NCBI RefSeq assembly: GCF_004010195.1
Contig: NC_057718.1
Span: 88,393,355-88,457,354, forward strand
Direction: 5' to 3'
Length of the DNA stretch: 64,000 nt
Source of the DNA: Chiloscyllium plagiosum
Lineage: Eukaryota
Position numbers and translations under genes: made by a program. Shown piece after piece: positions 51,501 through 61,900 of the stretch. The stretch's first letter is position 1; every line of letters starts with the position of its first letter. A model generated the notes under the pieces. That model was not told the origin of the DNA. It saw only the letters and a program-made list of their open reading frames with translations, and made no database searches.

Positions 51501-53477
51501 CAAGAGCAACGACTGCTGCTAACCCCGCCCAACTATTACGTCAATGTTATTAACTAACAGAGCCACTTTCCACCTTTTGTTTTCTAGTTTCGTGTAGGAT
51601 TCCTGTAATCCCTTCAGCATTACTGTCCCAATTCAGTCATTCAGCAGTTATGCCTTTGTAAAAGATGCTACCAGATCATATATATTTACTTCTGTTTGTA
51701 GTCTGTTCATCTCTTGTTTCAAATTCCACGAGCACTTCAATACAGAACCACCTTTGAGTTTGATCCTTTAGTTCATGTACGGTTAAAAGATCTATGGAGA
51801 ACAGAAGGTTTGCATTCACACAGTGCCTTTCATCATCTCCAGGTTATGCTAAAGCGCTAACAGAGCCCTGATGAAATTCCACCAATAGTGGAGTTCCTCC
51901 TTTAAACATTTCATCACCCTGCTCCTTTTTAAAGCACTGTATTTTTAAAAAAATCCTACACGTTCTGTCTTGACATCTTTCCCTTTGACCCATGTCTGAT
52001 TTCGGCTGATGCGTCCCTGTAAAGTGCCTGGATTTGTTTTGCAGTCTTAAAACAGCTATGAGTTCAAATTGTGGTGGTGGTGAAGAGAGCTGGTTGATCT
52101 GAGGTCATTTTCCAGTGTAGTGCCATCGCGTCTAGTTTGACCACTGGACCCTCTTCCTCCCTCCCCCACCCCACCAAAGTTCTATGTAACCCTTGCAAGG
52201 GCAAATCTGGTAAGTGATGTGAATCTTGCCCACTGGAGCTGTCGAAGATAGATAGACTGGTTTGTGCCTTTTATTTAGGCTTAATATCCTGTCACCTCCA
52301 GCTGTACTTGGTCTGAATTGGGTAGTGTGCAGTTGGGAGAAAGAGTTGCCTTGCTAACTGGGGGTGAGTGTACAATGGATGTCACAAGGGTCATGATGTG
52401 ATCGTGTTTGCAGTGTGAGTACAAACTAATCTAAACATTTGGAAGAGAAAGGAGTGTTGAAAGAGAATGTCTTGAACCTTTTTAAGGGTGTAATGATCAA
52501 ACATAAGTTAGTGACATTTTTAAAAAAAAATGTTAAATCTGGCACCAAGACATCAGTATGATTTCAGGGTAAACATACTCTGATTTATTTTTGAGTTCAC
52601 TGGTAAGTGAGTGTTAACACTCTGCAGTGATTAGATTTGTTATCTTGTGCTTTTGAGTTTTCCTGTGAACCACAGGCGAAGGATCGAGACTTATGATCAG
52701 TACTGGTACATTCAAATTGAAACTGAGATTGTGTGCTTCACAATTCCAAAAAAAACTGCATCACTTTGAGTCTGGAGACAATACTAAGGAAAAGGAAGGT
52801 GGTTTCACCCAGGAAATTTAGCAGAGGAATTTGAGGGACATTCAAGAATAAAATTTGATGGAGCAAATTGTCATGTTTACCTCAAACCTGTTCCATAAGT
52901 AAACATTGGGGGGGGTGGGCTGGCTACCAAATTCCATCAAGTGTTTGACTTACAAAGCAGTGGGGTTGATCTGCAGAGAATTGTGCCAAATCATGTCTGG
53001 ACTTTCAGCTCAACAAGGGACAATGCTTTTCGAGAATGCAAACAGGACAATACCAGCTCCTATCCTCCTATGCTTTTTAAAGTTTATTTTGATTCTACAT
53101 GTCTCTGTGAGACCATGCTCTCCCTAAATGCGGATAATCAAGTCCTAGTTTCACACCCACTTCACAGATACGCAGGTGATGCATTGTATGCAACTAACAT
53201 CTCAAACTACAACTTGGACTTCAAGCCTGTGGTAGATAATGTGCAGTCGCATGTATTATATTGAGACTCCATGAGAATAGAGCTTGGATTGCACTTAAGA
53301 TCACTTCTCCAATTTAAAAAGTTGGAGTCCTTGCTGTAGGAGATTAGAAATGGGGTGAGGCTAGACTCCAAACTAATGAATAGATAACAAACTCGTTATG
53401 GAGATCCATTTCATTTTCGTGTAACATCCAGTCACTGCTTGACTTTTGGATCTAGTGGAGCGTTTTTTTTTAAATAG

Positions 53478-53670
53478 AGACCTGGCAGGTCCATCTGCGG
53501 AAACTAAAATGTGTAATGTTTTGGTCCAGTGACCCTCTTTCAGAATGCCCTTCTGGTGAAGGGTCACTGGATCTGAAACGTTAACTCCTGTTTTCTCTCC
53601 ACCCATGCTACCAGACCTGCTGAGTTTCTCCAGCCATTTGTTGCTTGCTCAGATTTCCACATCTGCAGTT
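53478..53670 (+). mobile_element. Second family of PLE-pLTR-like mini-element, partly palindromic, with decayed hammerhead
   Basis: ttctggtgaagggtcactggatctgaaacgttaa, preceded by its inverted copy. Related pieces near 30700-30780 and 54400-54500. Confidence 0.6.
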
Positions 53671-54812
53671 CCCCTCTTTTTTTGTGTGTAGAGAATTTGG
53701 TCAGGTCTGTCACCTACAAAATTTTAAACTCTGTCCTCACACAGTTTAAGCCGCAGTTGGAATATTAAGCACACATCGTAGGATGCTGGAACAATGGAAA
53801 GTAGGCAGTGAAGATTCTGTAAGGATGCCACCCATGAAGAGGTAGCTAATTATGCTTTGCCTTACATGGGACTGGCGAACTATGGCCAACATAATGTCGC
53901 CAATCACTGTCGATTGTCATCCCCTTCACTCCAGCACAGGTTGTCATCTGCGCTAAGTGTAGTTGCCAGGCCGACTCCTAGCCAGCCCATCAGTGTTTTC
54001 TGCCTGGTGGTGTCCATTCTATTTCCTCTGGTGGAGGTGGATATCCCAAAAGGTGAAATATATTTGCTGCTAGCCTTCGCTATCTCTATCCATCACAATA
54101 TCCAGCAAGCACCTCTGATCTGTCTCCAGTGGCGTTTTGGGGGTGATGTTTTAGGATATAGTTAGGAAGAAATGCTGATGTTCAATGACTTTGTGGTGGT
54201 GGGGTGGGAGGTGGAGTTAAAAGGAATGAGTTCAGATATTTGGCAGTTTAAGACCGTTTCCATAAAACCAAAGTGGGGTAGTTGACATTTCTGCATTTAT
54301 CAAAAAAAAGCCTTGGGCTCCTGAGCTGTAAATAGAACCTTCAAATGTTTAAAAAGGTACAGGGGTGTGGGATCCTTAAGTAGGCCTTTCATTTATGTTC
54401 AAAACAAAAGCTCAAATTGCTGGGAAAACTCAGGTCTGGCCACATCTGTGGAGAGAAAGCAGAGTTAATATTTTGGGTCCAGTGAACTTCCAACAGAACA
54501 GGATTTGCATTTATGTAGCATCATGTGCAGCCTCAACATCCTGAACCTTTAGCCTCCTCCATTATGAACAGGTGAAATGTAACTTGCAACAGCCATTTGG
54601 TGCACCACAAGTTGTCACAATCAGTAATTACAGCACCACCGTTACTTGGTAACATTGAATATTAAGTGTTAGCCTGGACCTTAGGGGAGAGATGTGACAC
54701 CTCTGACAGCGTAGCACTTCCCTGCAGAACTGCACAGAGGTGTCGGCCTGAGTTTGTGCTCAAGTTGAGAGTGAGACTTGAATGTAGCATAGCCTTTGGT
54801 TTGGTGAATGGA

Positions 54813-55029
54813 GGAGAAAGTGAGGTCTGCAGATGCTGGAGATCAAAGTTGAAACTTTATTGCTGGAACAGCACAGCAGGTCAGGCAGCATCCAGGGAAC
54901 AGGAGATTCGACGTTTCGGGCACAGGCCCTTCTTCAGGAATCAAGAAGGGCCTGTGCCCGAAACGTCGAATCTCCTGTTCCCTGGATGCTGCCTGACCTG
55001 CTGTGCTGTTCCAGCAATAAAGTTTCAAC
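54813..55029 (-). mobile_element. Perfect palindromic PLE pLTR mini-element
   Basis: 90-bp perfect inverted arms (54845-54934, 54943-55032); 13-bp TSD tttggtgaatgga. Confidence 0.92.
54905..54942 (-). ncRNA. Intact minimal hammerhead ribozyme motif
   Basis: GAUUC-CUGAAGA-A-GGGC(CUGU)GCCC-GAAA-CG-UC^GAAUC with a 5-bp stem I. Confidence 0.72.
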
Positions 55030-57578
55030 TTTGGTGAATGGACCAAAACTGAGGTAGAATTGTTGGACTGGCTGAGTCCTGAACGCCTTATTTGATTTCC
55101 AGCTCTGCACATAATTCATGGTTTATGTCTTCATACTCTCTATTTTATACTGGCTTTCAATCTTTTGTACTTTGGCAATTGATGTTGAACTGTAGTTTTT
55201 CATCCCTCGTCACCACCCTTCCCAGTGCAGATTTAATGGGCTGAATGGCCTCTTTCTGCACTGTAGCGATTTAGTCATTCTATGTCTGACCCTTATTGAT
55301 TCCAGACCCACGCATCAGCTCTTCTGAAGTGTCTCAGCAAGCCTTTCTGTATCCTCCGAATGGACAATAAATTCAGACCTTGCCAGCATGTCATCCACAT
55401 TCCGGGAATCAATAGGAACAAGATAATATACTGCTTCAGCTATTTACCCCATCTTCCCTGCAAATGGTTTCTGCCTTGAGAGATTTGTTGTCTGTCTGTC
55501 TTGGTTTTCATCAAATAAAAACTGATATTTAGCAGCTATTTGTCACACACCAGTGGAGGAGATGAGATGCGCTGGGTGCCTTTGAGGCACATTGCAATAT
55601 GCAAATCTTATCAATAATCAGGAGTCTGAATGTCTGTGGATCCTTGCATTTAAAAGGGAATTTTTTTTCGCTTGTTGAATCAGGCTCAAAGGTCCTGTGG
55701 CCCCTAAGGGATTTACCAGCTCCCTATCTTAAACCCACCTAAACAATGGGTGTTGCTACACTCTGCTGATTATATGTCCTTATGCTCAGACTGGCTGGAA
55801 GGTCTAGCCTCCATCTTCCAGTAGTTACTTGTAAGTCTTTGGTGTTCTCCCTACAAAGAGGTTTCTGTTAATGGTAACACAGAATATCTCACCCCCTTCT
55901 GCAAAGAACGATGTGGTTGCAAGAATTAAAGCAGCAGGCTGAATAAAAACCAAAATGAATGAGAGAAGTACAAGGTTACTGAAGTAAACATGAGATTTTC
56001 TGCTTGGAGAGAAAAATATGGGCCATGTTAGAATCCATCTTGTGCCTGTGGTTAAATAAAACTCCACCTGAATCTGGTTGAGATGTTTGTATCTAGTGGC
56101 AGTCAGTTGAAGATGTAAATTTAGCAGGAGCACATTAATCAGGGATAGTTTGTGTAGTCCCAGCTATGTTAGTTTGATTGTTTAATGGTGTATGTACTGG
56201 TCGTTGTTCCAGTTTGCTTTCTGAAATTTTGCTCATACAGAGTGTAAAATCCTAAGTGTGGAAGGATGTGTGTGTGTGCGCTGAAAGAGCTACCCAACGA
56301 ATTGCAGTCCCTGGAAGGACAACAGGAACATGGGCCATTCAGCCCATCAAACCTGCTCGACCATTGCTTAGGATCATGGTCAATCTATGTCAATTCCATT
56401 TGCTCACCGTGATTTGATTTACTATTGTCACATGTACCTAAGTATAGCTCCACTGCTGTTCATGTGGAAAATGCCTTTCCCAATTCCATTCTTTAGTCTA
56501 ATGTTAAGATCTGATTTGCTCACATATTTAAAAATAACAAATTTAAAATGCTTTATTCACATCAACCCACTGTAAATTTCTATACTTCAGGCAATGGAAG
56601 CCAAGGTTATTCGGTTTTTTAACTCTTCAACTCCAATAGCATTTTCATCCCTATACCTTTAATTCCAAATCAATCTCATTTCCCTTTTGGTATTTGAATT
56701 TGCTTCTGACACTTTTTTTTGAGGCAGCAATCCAAATTCTCAGTAGCTGTTACAATCTTTTTATTATTCTTCTCTTTTTTTGCTAATTATCTTGAATCTG
56801 TGTCCTCTAGTTTTCAGTCTCCTGACTGAAAACTATTTCTCATTTTATTTCATTGAAAGCTCTCATTGGAATATCACATTCCCTGCATTCAGACTTGAGC
56901 AGAGATGGGTGTGACAGAACCAGAGCATCTTGGAATGTAGAATGTGTCACTTGAGTGTGTTTCTGTCCTTCAAAAGATTCACTGTTTCTCTTCAGAAACA
57001 TGAGCAACATGTCAACAGGAAGAGAATATCTGCTCCCTATAGCCTGTCTCTCTCAGTCCTGATAATCTTGTGCGTAAATAAACTGCTCTCTCTACCCCTG
57101 TCTGAAACTGTAGGATCCCTTAGCTGAGAGAGGCAAATTATAAGCCTTGAGGTTTATGTAGAGTCCCTACAATGCAAATAGAGGACATTTGGTCCATTTG
57201 AGTCTGCATCAATCCTCTGAAGAGCATCCCATCCCATCCCCCATAACCATGTATTTACCATAGTTACCATATTTACCATAACCATGTAGTCTGCACGTCC
57301 CTGAATGCTCTGGGTCAATTTAGAATGGCCAGTCCACTTCAGGTGAGGGCCTAGTCTTGGATATTATTCTGACCTGCTTTAGGTGACAGAGTAACCTGAG
57401 TGAGCACTCTTTTCCTGATGATTCTATTGTTTGCTGTTTTGTATAAGGTCATCCCTACCCTTTCCAGTAACCGGCCCAGCTCTGAGAGATGTGAAACTTT
57501 GGGTGAATGTAGTGTATGTCATTGTTAAAGTGTAAAACTAAAATGAATCTACCCTCACTCACTTCCCTGTTTCAACAG

Positions 57579-57690
57579 CCTGCTCAGGAGAATGGCCAGA
57601 TTTCCGGAATCCATAGTAAATCAGAAGATCAAGAGCCGCTCGATGGAAAAGTGGAGCATCTCAATGTCCAGGAGGAAGCCGTTCGTGAAG
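57579..57690 (+). CDS. AKAP12: Second coding exon of the AKAP12-like gene: PAQENGQISGIHSKSEDQEPLDGKVEHLNVQEEAVRE+G
   Basis: Pyrimidine-rich acceptor (cacttccctgtttcaacag|CCT) and donor GAAG|gtgagt. 112 nt, phase 0 to phase 1. Similar to the AKAP12 exon LLQKNGQLSTINGVAEQDE...VIVTE, which has the same phases. Confidence 0.78.
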
Positions 57691-57744
57691 GTGAGTGAAT
57701 GAGACTTTTTTTTGTTTCAAAAGGGGTTGAGGGGAAAGCAACGT

Positions 57745-58020
57745 CAGAGTCATAGAGCATGGAAATAGACCCTTCAGTCCAATCAGTTCACACCGATCAT
57801 TTTCCAAACTAAACTTGTCTGACTTGTCTGCATTTGGCCCATATCCCTCCAACCTTTCCTATTCATGTACTTATCCAAATGCTTTTTAATGTTGTTACAG
57901 TACCTGCATCTGCCACTTCCTCTGGTGGTTCATTCCACACACGAATCACCCTCTGTGTAAAATTGCCCTTCGTGTCCATTTTTAAACTTACTTCCTCTCA
58001 CTCGAAAGATATGCCCCCAG
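57745..58020 (-). mobile_element. CR1 3' fragment
   Basis: Reverse CR1 tail agagtcatagagcatggaaatagacc. Confidence 0.75.
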
Positions 58021-58774
58021 GCAATTGGAGGCAGCTCTGCTGTGGTGGGTGTGACCTTTTGCTACTGAGTTTGGAGGTCAAATTGGCCCAGACTGGATGA
58101 AGATTGCCTCTTGTTTCACCACTAAGAATTGTATGTATCTTAAAACAAAACTAAAGGGACAGAATCAATTCAGTCCCCACTGAGCACATGCCAACAAAAA
58201 CACACTGCCAACTTGTTTTAATGACTGGATTACTATTTACTGATGAGTCAGTGTGAAAACGGTGGAGGATGAGATTAGTCTTTTTACTTGGACCAGAGGC
58301 GTTTGAAAAGTCGGTGTAAAGTCAGCTTTACTCTGCATCAATTTGCTGGATTTAACCTGGGATTGAGATGCCGGAAATCGATAGATATCATTGGCATAAT
58401 ACTTTCCTTCCTTATGTGCAATTTGAGTAAGAAAATGAGTGTTAAGACTTGGGTGGGGGGAGTGGGGAGAAACCTGTTTCAATGGTGATTTGAAAGCTTT
58501 TCAAAATTCCTTGTCTTGACATTTTGGGAAACTGCTTATGTGGGTTATTCTTTTCAGAAGGAATTGAACTGCTCTCTGTACTTGTAAATCCATGCAAGTT
58601 GAGACTGCTTTGAAGTTGTTTAGGGTATCATGGAATGCGGCTCTTAGAGTCGTAGATTCATACTGCACAGAAACAGACTCTTTGGTCCATAGACTCACCA
58701 CCCTCTGCATGAAAAAGTTGCCCCTTGGGTCCCTTTTTAAATCTTTCCTCTCTCACCTTCAACCTATGCATTCC

Positions 58775-61132
58775 AGAGTCATAGGGATGTACAGCACAGC
58801 CACAGGCCCTTCGGTTCAACTCATCCATGCCGACCAGATATTCCAACACAATCTAGTTCCACCTGCCCCATATCCCTCCAAACGCTTCCTGTTCATATAC
58901 CCATCCAGATGCCTTTTAAATGTTGCAATTGTACTAGCCTCCATCACTTCATCTGGCAGCTCATTCCATACACGTACCACCCTCTGTGTGAAAAAGTTGC
59001 CCGATAGGTCTCTTTCATATCTTTCCTCTCTCACCCTAAACCTATGCCCTCTAGTTCTGGACTCCCCCCACCCCAGGGAAAAGACTTTGTCTATTTATCC
59101 TATCCTTGGCCCTCCTGATTTTATAAATGTCTATTAAGGTCACCCCGCAGCCTCCGATGCTCCAGGTAAAACAGCCCTAGCCTATTCAACCTCCTTTCTA
59201 TAGCTCAACTACTCCAACCCTGACAGCACCTTTTGTAAATCTTCTTTTTTTTTTGAATCCTTTCAGGTTTCACAACATCTTTTTGAAAGGAAGGAGATCA
59301 GAATTGCACGCAATATTCCAAATGTGGCCTAACCAATGTCCTGTACAGCCGCAACGTGACCTCCCCAAACCCTGTATTCAATACTCTGACCAATAAAGGA
59401 AAGCATACCAAACGCAGTCTTCACTATCCTATCTACCTGCGGCTCCACTCAAGGAGCTATGAACCTGCACTCCAAGGTCTCTTTATTCAGCAACACTCCC
59501 CAGGACCTTACCATTAAGTGTAGAAGTCTAGCTAAGATTTGCTTTCCCAAAATGCAGCATCTTGCATTTATCTAAATTAAACTCCACCTGCCACTTCTCA
59601 GCCTATTGTCCCACCTGATCAAGATCCCATTGTAATCAGAGGTAACCTTCGTTGTCCACTACACCTCCAATTTTAGTGTTATCTGCAAACTTACTAACTA
59701 TACCTCTTATGCTCACATCCAAATCATTTACAGGGGAACCTCGAATATCCAAATGAGATGGGCAGCCACACATTCATCTTCTCTATCCTCCTATTCCTGC
59801 CCTCACTAGCTTGTAGCACCGGGAGTAATCCAGATATTACTACTCTCGAGGACCTCCTTTTTTTAAATTCCTGCCTAACTCTTTGTAATCTCCCTTCAGT
59901 ATCTCAACCTTTTCCCTTCCTATGTTGTTGGTTCCAATGTGTACAATGACCACATGCTGGTCCCCCTCCCCCTTGAGAACATACTGCACCTTCTGAGACA
60001 TCCTTGATCCTGGCACCAGGGAAGCAACACCCCATTGAGTTTTCACTGCTGGCCACAGAAACATCTGTCTGTACCTCGGACTAGAGAGTTCCCCAACACA
60101 ATCGATCGCTTGAAACCCGATGTACCCCTCATTACATTAGAGCCAGTCTCCATACCAGAAACTTGGCTGTTCATGCTACATTCCTGTGAGAATCCATCAC
60201 CCCCTACATTTTCCAAAACAGCATACCTGTTTGAAATGGGGATAGCCACAGAAGACTCCTGTACTACCTGCCTACCTCTCTTACCTTTCCTGGAGTTACA
60301 CTCACATAGAGGAGTTATCTGTGACTCCCCCCGCCCCCCCCATCACCACCACCCCTTCCTATGACTGCCATCCATCATATCCCCATGATCTTGTAAATTC
60401 CTCATTGCCTCTAACTGTGTCTCCATCCAATCCGTTTGATCTGATAGGATTCACAACCAACAGCATTTATTGCAGATATAATCCTAAGTAACCCGTAAAC
60501 TCTCCTCAAACTCCCACATCTGACAAGAAGAGCATATCACTCTACGAAGGGCCATTTTTGCTTCTTTCAATCTGTGGACCCAGAAAATAGCACTGTCTTA
60601 CTCCTCTACAAAACACTGCTCCAGGTTAAATTAATACTTATGGCTTATATTTTAAGTTTAATCGAGACCTATCTCAATAAAACAAAAAAAATCAACAAAG
60701 AACCCACTTTACTCACTACTGCAGATTTACTGTAAGACTACGCTTAAAATATGCACTTATCTGTTTCTGTGCTGTGACTGCTCCCAGGCAGGTTTGTCAA
60801 AGATCCGTTGTGAAGTTCACTGTTTGTTAATTTTCCCAGACACACTCCGACGTCCACTGATAAATGAATTTCAAACAGCAAAGTCAATAACTGCTAACGG
60901 TCAGTTAGCAATGTGGGTTTCTTTCTCTGTTCTTCTCCCTTTTAAAAGTGCTGTTGTTTTAACTTTTGTTTTCTCTCCAAAGTTCCAAAACAATGGAACA
61001 GCATATAAAGCAGTAATTGCTGCTCCTGGAATTCAAGGGAATCTCCTCCACAGCACCTAAAATACCTCAAAAAAGGAGCAGCTGTTACAGCCAGAAAATT
61101 TTCCCGTCCTCCATCTTGGATTACCCAGAATC
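58775..61132 (-). mobile_element. CR1/HER1 LINE with 5' UTR and ORF1 remnant (Zn finger + SGNH esterase), central ORF2 deleted
   Basis: ORF1 start MALRRVICSSCQMWE at 60555, YICNKC, SIVLGNSLVRG, VHIGTNNIG. Jumps at ~59733-59755 to the ORF2 3' end (FTQRVVRVWNELP). Confidence 0.85.
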
Positions 61133-61228
61133 TAGATCTGTCCACTGAAATCAACTTGCGTGCTTTATTGAAGTTGTTTCCTTTGTTGTACTGAAACCTG
61201 TGCTAGTGATAATCTCTAGAGTTATATT

Positions 61229-61900
61229 TGTTATGGACCAGGCCAGAACCCCACCCCTCCCCAAAAAAAACATTTCAGGAAAGTAGCCCAAACCCTATCT
61301 TTGCTAGATGTTTGAAGCAGGTGTAGAGCAGAGATTCCAGGAGGGATACAGCTGGCCCAATCACTTGGTTTCAAACAAAACAATTTATTTACACGATTAT
61401 TGAATGCAACACCAAGAACAACAGAATACGGAATAACTTAACCTGTCTGAAAACCCAACACACAATCCCAACTTAATGATGCTGTTCCAAATTCCTGCAA
61501 CAATTTCCATAAACACCCCTTGGCAAAAAAGATCAAATCAAACACTGGGCCTTTTAGGAGACAGATGGCAGAGGGTCTCAGCATGGAACATCTTCTTCCA
61601 TGTAGCTGTTTCTTGGACCAGCGGCCTCACTGCCTGCTTTCAGGGAACAGCCAGACTGCTAAAACCAAACCAAATTAGAAAAACTGAGCTGGGGGAACTG
61701 GCCACTCCTCTTTCATTGAACAAATGTATTTTTCTAAAAGCTTGTAAGCCTTTTACCTGAGGGGAGTATCTGTTAGCTATAATCAAACTGATCCCAGAAC
61801 CCTTCAAACCTAGACTTTTCGGAATTGCTGCTTTTATGACCTCTGGGGAGGAAAAATGCCAAGGATAGTATAAAGTTGTTAAAGGAGCACTGTTGTCACA
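61229..61900 (-). mobile_element. 3' LTR of Gypsy (Gmr1-type) retrotransposon
   Basis: TG...CA termini; adjacent polypurine tract (reverse complement of tctccactctt, 61901-61911) between the LTR and the pol remnant. Confidence 0.8.
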
